From Eledone cirrhosa (lineage: Eukaryota), in the NCBI GenBank assembly GCA_964016885.1, contig OZ024745.1, positions 91,202,001-91,266,000 on the forward strand: a stretch of DNA of 64,000 bases. Direction: 5' to 3'. The notes under the pieces are model-generated. The model had not been told where the DNA came from. It made no database searches and worked only from the letters and a program-made list of their open reading frames with translations. Every line of letters starts with the position of its first letter. Within the stretch, counting starts at the first letter, position 1. This document shows positions 24,042-37,141 of the stretch, in pieces. The position numbers and the translations under genes are program-made.

Positions 24042-24105
24042 ATAAAAATCTTTTGATGTTGTAGACGCTCTTGTGTTCTTTTTCATACATACTTATATAT
24101 ATATA

Positions 24106-24251
24106 TAGAAGTGGTTACACAACAGTTAGTTCACCATACCGAGAACAATTGTTTCGGTATGGTGAACTGTTGTGTAACCACTTCTACCTAACTCGTCCCA
24201 TGGATTGAGTACTCTACCACTACGGATATTACCTTCCAGTGTTCTACCACT
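24106..24251 (+). mobile_element. Fold-back element in (TA)n: palindrome plus ATTGAGTACT tail
   Basis: 24106-24186 is palindromic about AACAATTGTT, with one 4-nt and one 1-nt bulge. ATTGAGTACT at 24204. Confidence 0.62.
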
Positions 24252-25049
24252 ATATTTATATATATATATATATATAGGTTGGCAGAAAGATATATATATG
24301 TGTGTGTGTGTGTATGCATGTATCTGTGTATATGTATGTATACTTTTTTTCTTTCTTTCTTTAAGTTGTGACTTTAACTTTAATGTAAAGTTAAAGAACT
24401 CATAAAGAATTATGACTTGAGAGAGATAAAAGAGATGTTCAAGAGATGAAAACATAATAGAGCAAAGAGATGGTGCTTTGTATTAATCAATTATAGTAAC
24501 ACAATCAAAAGATTCTTCATGAGCTACAAGTAACATAAAACATGAGGACCCTTTTCAGCTGATTTCAATAGAAATATTTCATAAAAAATAACATGTTGCT
24601 ATATATTAAATATGATTAAATAATGTTTACGAAAGATGAGAGAAGAAAAGGAGACTTTGATAACATCAGATTTTTAGATAAACACAATCATACACAGTGC
24701 ATGTATACTCACACACACACACACAGATACACACAGATATACAGAGTTATATAAACGCACAAACACATGTTTTATGTACACACATAAGGGTGTGTTGGCT
24801 TCCATGTATATTTATACAGATGTGTGAGTGTGTGATTGTTTGTATGTGTAAGTATTTATATTTGTTAGGATAATACCTGGTATCTAAGGAAAACGTGTAT
24901 GCATTCAGGCATGCACACACACATGTAATTAACTTGAGGCATACTTACAAATATGTATGTCATACAAAATTTTATTTTTTCATGTAATCAATTATATCGA
25001 AATATGTGTGTGTGTAAGACTGCATCTAATCTGTGTTAATAGTACATTG

Positions 25050-25096
25050 TCATACACATACTTACATACACACATATACATACAATATATACATAC

Positions 25097-25166
<70 letters not shown>

Positions 25167-25402
25167 ATGCACACATACACATGCACACACACACACACAC
25201 ACATACATATGTACATACACACACACACATACATATATATACACACATACATACACACACACACACATTACATACACACATACAAATGTAGATACACACA
25301 CATACAAATGTAGATACACACACATACATACATACTTACATTCATACATACACGCATACATACAAACATACACACATACACACACATATATACATACTTA
25401 CA
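25050..25402. repeat. (CA)n/(TACA)n compound microsatellite
   Basis: Directly visible. Confidence 0.95.
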
Positions 25403-25634
25403 TATTAAAAATTATCAAAAAGAAAAATATCTATGCAGAACTAACGAGGAATCTGTTGATACTCCACTCTGACTATCTGGGATAAGTTAGTAAATGCCTC
25501 AGTACAAATCTTGAGAATCTCTATAAGGTAAAAATTCATAAAATTATGAAGCCAGAAGAACATACATTCTTTCATACATGCATATTAACACATACATACT
25601 CACATACAGAAACATACGCACACACTCACACATA

Positions 25635-26575
25635 CTGGAAACAGCTCTTCAGAAAATGTCAAACAGGAAATCCCTAGGTCAAGATGCTATAACAGGTTAC
25701 TAACTAAAGAATTTCACCTTTTATTAGTGAGATTTCATACACCTGTATTGAGAAAGTATCAAAGGCACACAAGAGCTGCTCCAATGGTTATCAACTGGCA
25801 CTGTTTTCCTCACCCCCAAAATAGTCAAACCACCCTTGCTAAAAATTACCACCACCTAACCTGTCAGGACATCATGTACAAATTATACACTGGGTGTCTC
25901 ACACTATTTTGTGCTACCAAAAACATAACACCTGAGCAAGTTGGGAGAAATGTGTGGTGTTGTATAGATCAGCTACTAATTAACAAAATTATCCAAGAAA
26001 AAACAGTAAAGAATCACAGGAACTTGATTGTAGTGTTGCTGGACTACCAGAAGGCTTTTAATACATCACATGAGTAAATTATCAAGGCTTTACAGTTAGC
26101 CAAATTTCTACAACCTCTAGTAGCTGCTATCCAACTTCTGAACAAGACTTGGAACACCACTTTGCTCCTTAGGGGTGATAAGTAACAAATTGTGCCTGAT
26201 AGCATTCACTATGAAAAAGGTATCATTCAGGGTGATAGTTTGTCAGTGCTACTCCTTGTCCTCTCATTAAACCCACTATCATATCTGCTCACAAAATATA
26301 GTGGCCATAGAATTTCATGCAGGAGTATATCCCATCTTTTCTTCGTGGATGACCTGAAATTGTATGGGCCAAATATCAATTACATAAAAAAACAGTTAGA
26401 CCTCATTACCTAATATTCTATAGACATTGGAATAGAATTTGGTGAGTCTATAGGTGCATTTTTAACAATAAAACGTGAAAAAGTAAGACCCACCTGGTGT
26501 CAATGTGGTAAGAAAAATGCAAGAGAAGGAGGATATCTACGGACCATTTATGAGGAGTTTGCAATTTTCAAACCT
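25635..26575 (+). mobile_element. Decayed, internally deleted R4/Dong-like non-LTR retrotransposon (RT joined to an RLE fragment)
   Basis: AKNYHHLTC, CIDQLLIN, LDYQKAF, GIIQGDSLSVLL, ISHLFFVDDLKLY and DIGIEFG, with stops. Then jumps to VNVVRKMQEKEDIYGPFMRSLQ, a C-terminal endonuclease region. Confidence 0.8.
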
Positions 26576-26683
26576 AGTAGGATTCTCACTTAATCATCTG
26601 AGAGCCCACAACAGAAAATATACATCTGATATAGGCTGCTCACTGCAAAAAGAAAGTGGTTTAGCTTAGATTCAAATCAATGG

Positions 26684-26897
<214 letters not shown>

Positions 26898-27247
26898 AGA
26901 GGCACATGGCTTAGTGGTTAGAGCATTGGCCTAGCAATCGAAAGGTTGTGAGTTCAATTCTCAGACCGGGTGATGTGTTGTGTCCTTGAGCAAGACACTT
27001 TATTTCACATTGCTCCAGTTTACTCAGCTGTAGAAATGAGATGATAGGGACTGAGGTCCATATCATTCCACTGCAAAAGTGGTCGTGGAGGTGCTGCGGC
27101 AAAAAAGCACCCAGCACTCACTGTAAATGAGGTTGGTGTTAGGAAGGGCATCCAGCTGTAGAAATCAAGCCAGAATCAGTTCCCGTCTCACCCTTGCAAG
27201 CAGGGAAAAAGCGGATGTAAAAATGAAATGATGATGATGAGGATGAT
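26898..27247 (+). mobile_element. CORE-type SINE with RTE family 1 tail
   Basis: Near-identical to 14441-14784. Lies next to (TACA)n. Confidence 0.9.
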
Positions 27248-27399
27248 ACACACACACACATACATATATATATGTGTATGGGTTGAAGCATACATCTAGT
27301 ATGCACCACCTTCTCAATATACCTCCCACATCCTAACATCCCACCCATCCCACCATTCACCCACATCCCTAGAGCAACCTCCAGAATCCTCATACATAT

Positions 27400-27686
27400 C
27401 CTCCACCCAAGTTCCCAGCCCACACTGTAAAATTGTCGTTTTGTTGCCATGACAAAAAGCACCCATCCCACTCTGTAAAGTGTTCTTGTGGGTGTCACAA
27501 CAAAAAGCATCCAGTACACACTGTAAATCTGGTTGGCATTAGGAAGGGCATCCAGCCATACAAAAGAAGCCAAAATCAGTTCTGTATGAGCAAGACATGG
27601 TCATCTGATCTGACTTATCTCACAACAGGAAAACCCAAGCTAGTATGGAAAAATGGATGTCAAACAGTAATAATAATGATGATGAT
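27400..27686 (+). mobile_element. RTE-type 3' UTR fragment
   Basis: Same repeated units, AGGAAGGGCATCCAGCC motif and a degenerate (GAT)n tail. Confidence 0.75.
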
Positions 27687-28477
27687 ACATATATACTAGC
27701 TTATTACCCATCCTCCTAGCAGTAAAAATTAAATATGAACAGAAATTCTCATTTTAAGCCTTAATTGAATATTCCAACAGCCTATCTCACTTTTACTGTT
27801 ACACACCATCCCTAAAGAAGTATGATAAATCAATTTTACTATGATCATTATTTGTCTTTTATATCAATATTGCATCATATCCAAAAAATAGAAGTAGATA
27901 AGAGCATTACATTTTTTTTATAAAACATTGAAATTTGATGTATGCCTCTTCCGAATTTCTGTGTGTGATACTCTCGGCAAAAATCCATATTTATTCTTTA
28001 TTTTTGCCATAATATTCACTTAAATTTCTTGCTCAAAATATAGCCTAGAATTAGAACCTAGTCTTGGAAAGGCAAAGCAGGAAATTAATTCATTCTTGTA
28101 TTTGTTAGGAGTTAATTTTTTTTAAATTTCAAATGAAAAATATATAACAGTTACTATTTGAGTGCAATTCAGAACATTGTTTTTTTTTTGTTTTTTTTTA
28201 TTTTTTCTAAAAAATAGAGGAGAATTGGGCTTTGGGCTTGTTCATACTGTTAATACATTTTTTACATATCTATACACATTCATATTACATACAATTTTTA
28301 TACATATATATATGCATGAGTGTATGTGTGATTATATATATATATGTATGTATGTATGTAAGTGTTTGTAAGTGTGTATATATTATATATATACAATTAC
28401 CTCTACCTATCCCCAAAAATCACCACATTCCCCAACCACCAGAAAACACATAAATACAACCGTTGTACAAGGACAGT

Positions 28478-28530
28478 TGGCTTTTCTGATGATTTGTTTT
28501 AAATGAAACAGTTCTAGTCCTGTAGAGCCA
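28478..28530 (+). ncRNA. Type-I hammerhead-like motif
   Basis: TGGCTT(tt)-CTGATGA-tttgttttaaat-GAA-ACAG-ttctagtc-CTGT-A-GAGCCA. Weak stem II and two extra Ts in stem I. A decayed homologue lies on - at 19498-19548. Confidence 0.55.
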
Positions 28531-28602
28531 TTTCTTTAAACATATATATATATATATAATAAACCCATGCTAGCGTGGAAGATGGGCATTAAACGATAAT
28601 GA

Positions 28603-28656
<54 letters not shown>

Positions 28657-28807
28657 CATTAACAGAGAAAGCTTTAAGCGATACTCTGACCAACTCCATC
28701 TCACTCAACAAACATTAGGATATACCTAAGTATAATCCCAATTAAGTGTTTGGGGTGCTAACTATATAGTATTTCGTGGAAAGTTGGTTGTATTATTTTA
28801 TATGAGA

Positions 28808-29452
28808 ATGTTGTTTACTCGAGAGAAGGCTACGTTGGTATGGACACGTGATGCGCATGAAAGTCGATAGCTGTATAACAAAGTGCAGGGCAATAAAGAT
28901 AGACGGTAGCCACGGAATAGGCAGACCTAGAAAAACCTGGGACGAGCTGATAAACTCCGACCTCACACACTTACACCTCTCCAAGACAATGTCACTGGAC
29001 CGAGACCTTTGGCGGTACTCAGTAACAGAGAAGACCCGCCTTACCTAAATACATAGTAAAACCTACTACAGCCAGTAGGCATCTCTAACAAAATACACCC
29101 CTTCCCACCACCACCACCCCCACCCCATCCACACCACCCCGTTCTATGTAAAGTTATGTTGGTGCCATGCCATCCAGGCCGAAACAAATGAGATCGTGTA
29201 GGTGTCACAACAAAAAAACACACAGTGCACGCTGTAATGTGGCCGTGTAGGCAACACGGTAAAAACCTCCCAGACCCACACTGTAAATGTGGTTGGTGTT
29301 AGGAAGGGCATCCAACTGTAGAAAACCTGCCAGACAGTCCTATGCGAGCAAGACAATCACTCTTGCCTCAAGTGGGACTACCCCCGTCCAAACCCATGCA
29401 CGCGTGGAACACGGACGTTAAACGTTGATGATGATGATGATGATGATGATGA
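28808..29452 (+). mobile_element. Short 3' fragment of RTE family 2
   Basis: Encodes CCLLERRLRWYGHVMRMKVDSC...SVTEKTRLT*. Near-identical, by eye, to the reverse complement of 16072-16710, including 3' UTR and (GAT)n tail. Confidence 0.94.
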
Positions 29453-29484
29453 GACATAATTAAATCTCTCTCTCTCTCTCTCTC

Positions 29485-29515
<31 letters not shown>

Positions 29516-30874
29516 TGTGTGTGTGTGCAGGGATCTAACACAGTTCCTTCCCTTCCTCTACTTTTTCTCTTTTTTATGCTAGTTTCCAAAAAACTTCCTC
29601 ATATATGTTACCAATTTAATATTTATCTGTTGAATTTTGTACTATTTCTGCACTTAAAACAAATAAGTGAAGGTTATGATATTTGAGCAGCTTTTTTCTA
29701 TTTTCCAAATATCTCAATAATTTCTATTTGTTTGGTATATTAAATACTGCAAAGTTCATTTTTAGATAATGACTGCTTCTACTGACAACTAGATAGCAGG
29801 TGCACTGAGGTTGATAAATGATAAGAATGAACAGATAATATGTTGATTTGACACCAGTCAACTGAGAAACCCAGTCATGTATATGAGATTTCAAATAGTA
29901 ATATTAAATAGATTTTCCTTCCTTGTCAAACACACCTAAAACCACTGAATATTAGAATGTGATGAATAATGATAAGGTTGAGAGAAGTTATCAATTATAT
30001 GCTAGTGACTGTACATGAGACCTGATAAAGTTAAAAATATATATCTATTCTGTAATTGTCATGTTTTGATTAGATATCAGATTTAAAAGCCTATATAGTC
30101 AAATACAAGAAATTTAAATACACTACTACGCACAAATACAAGTGTTACTGGATTACTGCTCCAGATAATAAGTAGATGAAATAAAAGATCATAAAAAAGA
30201 TGTCACAGACAGTTCTGGGTCAGGGTTTGGGTTAATTAGTGCAAAGAATGGCACCTTTCTTCCATGTTGAGAAGATAAATTGGCAAGATAAACATAATAT
30301 TTTAAAGAAGCCCTGGACAACCTTTACTTGATATTACATATAGAGGGTCCTATTACATATAGAGGGTCCTTGAAGTACATTCTCCATCAATTTCTAATAA
30401 CATGTTTCTAATGAAAGTCATCATCTGTAATTTTGAAATAATTTTGAAAAAATAATAAAGAATTTGGAGGGATTTAATGAAATAACTAACTTTCTCATTA
30501 TTTAGTTAGTGTTTGAACCATAATTGAACAAAAAGTTCATACACAAAATTATGATAGGTTTTTAGATAAATATAAAATACTTTCAAATAAACAATTTGAT
30601 ATTGAAAGAGTTAAGACAGTTTAACTTCTGTGATACTGGAGAGGGACAAGCATTGATTTCATAATTACCCACATAATGAATCTAGGCGTAACTGTTTAAA
30701 TGTTTGTTTGTGTGTTACAAATAATGAAAACCAAGCAGCACTGTAGTTCATACTAATTCTATTGACTCAAGAGTGAAATAAAGCTAAGTAAATTTAATCA
30801 ACATTCATGGTCAACTCTTTATGTTAATGAACAACTGACCACTGTTATTTGCATCAGTGCTTACAAGCCAATAA

Positions 30875-31270
30875 AGAGCTTCTATGTGGTTGCTCAACTG
30901 GTTAGAAATAGCAGACAAATCTCTCTCACATCATATCTTAAGGACACATTAAACATTGCAGTTAACTAGGCCTAAAAAAGGGAAAACAAATAGTTCCAAT
31001 GATTGAAATGCTTTTTGTAAAATAAGGGTTCATTTGGGAAAAACAATAGCAAAAACATAAGCCAACAAGGGAGACTTTGAATTTGCTTGACCTTCTAGAA
31101 ATAGCAGCCAAATCTCTCTCAAATTATACCCCACCATTTTAATAAGGAACACATTTGATAAGGTGGTCATGAGTTCCCTGCATATAGGAAAAAGATGGGA
31201 TCATGTTTATAACTGGAATTTCTTTGATCAAAAGTTTCCTTGATCAAGGCATATCTGGAGCTAGACTGCA
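30875..31270 (-). repeat. Old dispersed repeat, two tandem copies; relatives at ~8590-8790, 31955-32140 and 55385-55580
   Basis: Shared motif GATTTGGCTGCTATTTCTAG, seen here as CTAGAAATAGCAGCCAAATC. Class not determined. Confidence 0.5.
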
Positions 31271-33824
31271 ACAGCAGCAACAACATCAAATTTTTAAAGA
31301 CTATCATACCGTATGTGAGTCTTATATGTATTTTGCTCTACCCTTATATTTCAGTAATCTTTTTAGATATGATTATCATATTTGTGTTGAAAAATGAATT
31401 GGCTAAGAGTTAGTTTGTCTATGAGCAGCTAAAACAGCTTATTTTAAGGACCAAGGCAGAAGAAAATACAGCAATGTTTTGAGACAGGATGTATATTTAG
31501 CTGCTATTTCTAACAAGTTAAGTGACCATGGAGAAAATGTTTCTATCATGTGCTTTTGAAATACTGTTGCTGTGTATTTCTATATATGAGACGAGTGAAC
31601 TGTTTGGTTATAATAACAACCAAGTATTATAGCAAGGAAGTAGTTAACAGAATTCTACAGAGAGCTTCTATATCAAATTTTACAACCAATTTCACAATGC
31701 CATGATCTCATCTACTTTTCATCCAACCATATTGTCTGGCACCTAGTATTTGATTATGCATAAGATAGTGAGGGATATTCGATAATTAAATTCCAGTATT
31801 TTATGGTGTCTAAAAGGTTCAACAGTGACACAGACGAGATATGTAAGGTAGGCTCAATAAAGAAAATGTTGAATTTATGTTCAGATAGAGATGAGAGCAA
31901 TTAATGATGACTACTTTTATTGCTCATGATATTGATGATGAAGTTGTTGCTTACCCCCAGATCAGACTTGACTGAGTAGACTTATGGTCAAGGGTATTGC
32001 TACCCAAACCATCTCATCTTTTTAGGTATATTACAGAAATGGTGTGTTCTTTTCTTTTAAAGACACTGTAATTTGATCGAGATATTATTGGTGTTTCTAA
32101 CAGATTGAGTAATCATACAGATATACCCTCATTAGCTCATCATGTTTATGATGCTGTTTCTGGATGAAATGTTGGAAATGAGAAGTTTACTCTCAATATT
32201 AGAACCCAAAATATAGAACCTATCTCCCATGTAGCATTTACATTCCAATATGTTGAATGTTCAGAGTATGATCTTTGGCTTTCATGGTCTTCCATAAAAA
32301 GAGTGTAAGCTTTATTTTTGTTCTTTTTTATCGTTACTTCATCAGAATTTTTTTTTTTATTCTGTATATATTAGTGGTAATAAAAACTATATAAATAAAG
32401 AAGCTAGTAATCCAATATTGCAGCAGGAACAACTTAGAATGGCATGAAATAAAACCAAATTGAGTAGAGGAGTCACTGAAAGAGAGCTATAGAGGTTGAG
32501 AAAACGAAATATTTATGAAGTTTACAGAAACTGATGCCTTCTGATAAGAAATCAAGAATATTGTTGGATCTGGTTTGAAGGAAAAAGCCTCTAGAAGATG
32601 AAGTGATGTGGAAAGGAAAAATATATAAATAAGTAATAAAAAGTCTTAAAAACTAAATAAAAACGGGTAAAAATGGAAAGTTCTGTGAGAATATCATTTG
32701 CATTGATATGAAATATGAGGTAAAACAGCATTGAAGGGTAGAGGTGGGGAAGATTGAGAGATGAGAGCTAGGTTAAGATAGAATGAAAAAAAAAGGTTGG
32801 GGTGAAAGTAAATATTTCTTTGCTTGAGATTGGGTTATAGAGATAAAGATTTGGGCTTGGTGTGTTTATTGATGTACATAATCTGAAATAACTCATAAAG
32901 GTGATAAAACCACAGGAAGTATTTAGGTAAGCAAGATCTTGTGTGTGCATAGTAAAGTTTGTCTATGAATGCATGTGCATGTGTGTGTGAGGGTGGGGGT
33001 GTATGTACATAAATAAGTGCTGGTGAATAGGCATGTATACATATTGTCAAGTTTGTGTCAATGCATTTGTGTGTATGTATGTATGTATGCATGTATATAT
33101 GTATGTATACATGTGCATTGACATGGCAGTGAATAAGCATGTGTGATGCCATATATGAGTTTATTTATATGCATACATGTATGTATGTGTGAGGTGTGTG
33201 TGTGTGTATTGAAGTTATGGTGAATAAACACGTGTATGCAGATAGCTTACTATAAAGGAGTGTTTTTTGTAGTTATTAGTTGGCATGAATACTTTTATTT
33301 ATAGTCTATATGTTTGGGAATAGAGGGGAGAGAGCGAGAGAAGGCTTGAAAAAGAAAGAAATATATTTTATGGACAAATGTAATATAACAGTATTCTTTT
33401 ACATCTATGAACACATATATGAACATAATTTGGTATGATCATCATTAGGATCATCATTACTTCAGTCGTTTTTCCATATCAGCATTGTTTGGACAGGTTA
33501 GCTGTGCATGTTTCAATGTATTTCAATTCAATATCTTCTCATATACGAGGCATTAGCATTTCTAAAAACTTAACAAAAGTGCAGTCTTCTATGGTATGTC
33601 TCTACCTTGTCCTATGCTCTAACTAAAATATATTATTTCCCCCCTTACTTCCCCATAACATCTGATTAAATTTGTTTTTGTTTCTTTTTAATGGTGTTCA
33701 AGAAATTTATTTCTATTAATAGTACAATGGCGATAAGGAAACAAACAAACAAAATAATAAAGAAGAAAAAATAAGGAATTAAGCAAAAAAAGAAAAGGAA
33801 AGTGTGGTATGTTTCAGTTGTGCC

Positions 33825-34190
33825 TTGCAGACAAAATAGTGAAAGCAATGCCACAGAGAATGGCTAGCATTAGCTACTATAACTCGTGGGGCTTCTTTCT
33901 CAGGCAGGCTAAAGTCTTCTCAATTTTGCAAAGGAAAACAGCTGTGCAGGACTGTGGACACCTGAAGCCTTGACACCAGCCAGCATGAAAAAGAAGTGGT
34001 TGGTTAAGCCCTGGTATTTGGTTATCTTCCTCTGCTTTGCATTGTGGTTGGCAGTACCTGGGTTCGTGGCTGAAACAACAAGGTTGGAGGCAGAAAACAA
34101 GTCTCAACATGTGGTGTCCCAGATTAGGGATTTACTTCTCTCAAATGAGAGGAGAGTTACCTCCCCTGGGCACTTACCATGACCATGGTT
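33825..34190 (-). mobile_element. CRE-like non-LTR retrotransposon RLE remnant
   Basis: GKCPGEVTLLSFERSKSLIWDTTC*DLFSASNLVVSATNPGTANHNAKQRKITKYQGL..F..AGVKASGV fits the RPDG..LVWD.T..A..AE..K..KY..L..VET.G pattern. Confidence 0.68.
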
Positions 34191-35124
34191 AAGACTACCT
34201 GGCTTCAATTGTGACATGTATCATTAATATGTGCTATATGATAAAATGGTGGAAAATTGGAAGAGTCATTAGAATATTGGATTAAATGCTTTAGTTTTGG
34301 TTCTGACTTTCTGAGTTCAATTCCTGTCAAAATCAACATTTTGATTCTTTCAATCTTTTGGTGTCAATAGATAAAGTACAAGACTAAGAGTGATTGATTA
34401 GCAGAATTGTTAAAGAGTTTGATGGAATGCCATGTGGTATCTATCTTGGTGCTGTGTATTCTGGGTTCAAATGCCATCTCCTGTCAGAGAAAAGTGATGG
34501 TGACTCTGCAAAGGATTATGACCACCAGGTAGTATCAGCAATGGAAACATAGTTTCCTTGGTCCAATCTGATGATCAGCTTCTTTCCCTTTTTCTTTGTG
34601 TTATATGTTACACTAGCTTAGTTGTTGTTGAGTCGAGGATCAGCCTTGATCAAGAAGGTCAAATGTATTCCACCTGTGAACACCTCCTTTTATGTTTCAG
34701 TGAATTAGGGATTATATTATCAGATGTGCTCTTTATCTTTTCGAGACTCATTCATTGACTCATCAGAAGAGCAATTGTTTCTCAGGCTAATATCAACAAA
34801 TCTTGTTAACATGTCTTCATATCCAGTTTATTTCCAGCACTCATTTTACTCAACACTCCAAGTACTGTTTTCCTCCTAAAAATCGTGAAGACTGTGGCCC
34901 ACCTTCAGAAGAAGTCATATGAGGCAGGGTAGCTGCTGCAGTGAGTGTCACTGGTCATTCTCCATGACAATGTGTTTGTCATTTTGTCCATGGGGTGCAG
35001 GTGAAGCATGCCACTTGGACAGGTGTGTGCAGTCTGTCGCTTTGTCACCACTTTCTCTTTCATTTGTTGCTTCATTTCTTTTTTTTCTTTTTCTTCCTTT
35101 ATTTCTCTTTCATTTTCTTTTCAT

Positions 35125-35505
35125 TATAGAGTTACGGCCCTTTATAGTCTGAGTTCAAACCCTGCCGAGGTTAACTTTGTCTTTCATCCTTACGGGGTCG
35201 ACAAAATAAAGTACCAGTAATGCACTGGGATAATTTCTGGCCTTGTGCCAAAAGTAGAAACAGTTATTATGCATATAAGGACAGTGGATTGGCAGTATCG
35301 GTAGAACGTTGGACAACATGCTTAACGGCATAGAGTTACGGCCCTTTACGTCGTGTTCAAATCCCGCCGTTGTTAGCTTTGCCTTTCTTTTTTACGGGGT
35401 CGATGAAATAAAGCACCAGTAATGCACTGGGTCGATTTAATCGACTTTCCCCCCCCCCCCCCCTAAATTACTGGCCTTGTACCTATAGTAGAAATCATTA
35501 TTATG
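35125..35505 (+). mobile_element. Two tandem SINE family B copies; the second is a longer variant with a poly-C insert
   Basis: B box and body occur twice (~35150 and ~35355). The second copy carries GGGTCGATTTAATCGACTTT(C)n before the 3' end. Confidence 0.82.
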
Positions 35506-36005
35506 CATAATATTTATATAAAGAAAAAATGTACCAATTACTAAAATAAATATTTTAAAAAATCAATAACAAACATGCAATTGAATATTTAACATTTTTA
35601 ACTATATAGCGAAAACACTCTAGGTTAGTTGTTAAAACAATAGAAGATCATTACATTTTTAAAGCAATATATTACCCATCTAGTATGTTTTGTTATGTTA
35701 TTGAGTCCAATATATCAGCTTGGGACTGCTCTAAGGGTTAATAAATAATACTTGTCTTCAATACTCTTCAATCATTTTGATCTTTTCTGCCATAAATATC
35801 CTTATTTTAATGTTATATGATAGATATTTATGAAAAACGCCTTATATAGTGTGCAACTTTTCTTAACAAAGACCGTATATAATTATATATGCTTAACATG
35901 TATCTTTACAATGGAATACATTATAAACAAATACATATATCCATATGTATATTTACAAAGATAAATAATAACAATATAAGAATATTTATATTGTTTTAAC
36001 AAATA

Positions 36006-36642
36006 CTAGCAGAATGGCCCGGCATTGCTCGGGATTCTAACATAGATTGGCATGTTTATCCCTCTTTTCTGAAAGAGTAGAGAAGTACGGAATACCTCGG
36101 CCTCTGGTTGGTGTCTACATTTTGTGTTTATATATATATATTAAAATAACAGATTAAAGTTTAAGTAAAGAGTCACTGCTTTCACCCTTAACGGGATCTT
36201 CTGAAACTAAAAAAAATCAATCTGTGAACGCAGAAGTAAATATTTCGAAAAATGTTGCAACAAGAAGACGATACTTTGGTTCGTGAAAATGTTACCGGGC
36301 AATGAACAGAAAATAGCGAAGATAATACGTCAGCAATGAGAACAATATTTGTCATAATTTCGTAATGCAGACAGCCAGACATACAGACAGATATTATAAG
36401 GGCGCGACGTTATAGCTATGTATCTATCTAAAAAGACAGACTAAGAAAGAGAGAGAAATCGCTAACCGGCGCCTAATGCGGTCCCTAGGGCATTGAAAAT
36501 TTGAAATACCTTCTGCTCAAAACACTCACAGGACCATAAGTATTACATGTGTAAAGTTTGAAAAAGATCGGTTGGGTGGTTCTCGAGTTTTAGGGGAACA
36601 GACAGACAGACAGACAGACATTCTCTGTTTCAGATATATAGA
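36006..36642 (-). mobile_element. Non-autonomous Helitron
   Basis: On - it starts TCTATATATCTGAAACAGAGAATGTCTGTCTG and ends with hairpin CCCGAGCAATGCCGGG, then CCATTCTG-CTAG followed by T. No TSD. Confidence 0.87.
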
Positions 36643-36869
36643 CGAAGAAAAATACCCAGTACTATAGACAGTAAAGTGTAGTAATTTCTTTCAGGCTGAT
36701 CCAGTAGCCTGTTTCTCCAGAGTTTATCAGATAGGAAAAACCAGATGGTAAAGAGACAAATTAAAACATAATTGACTGAATTGTCAGATGGAGAAAAGAT
36801 GAAGGTTCTGGATAGCTTGTGGAGACATTACTTTTCATTTATAGCCAATTTTTTACAATGACAACAATG

Positions 36870-37141
36870 CCTAGCCCACATTGTAATGTGGTTGTGTTGG
36901 TGACACGACAAAAAGTGCCTAATCCACACTGTAAAGTGGTCGTCTAGGTGTCACAACAAAAAGCACCCAGCATACACTGTAAAATGTGGTTTGTGTTAGG
37001 AAGGGCATCCAGTTGTAGAAACCTAGGAAAATCAGTTCTGTATCAGCAAGACACAGTCATCTGACCTGCCTTGTCTCACAACATGACAACTCGTTTAACT
37101 CTAGGTAGTGTGAAAAATAGATGTTAAACGATGATGATGAT
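36870..37141 (+). mobile_element. RTE-type 3' UTR fragment
   Basis: Same units and motif. Ends GATGTTAAACGATGATGATGAT. Confidence 0.75.

Noticed and set aside
30333-30370. Short tandem duplications (TATTACATATAGAGGGTCC x2; ~30-nt duplication at 62818-62879)
   Set aside because: Ordinary slippage duplications with no further structure.
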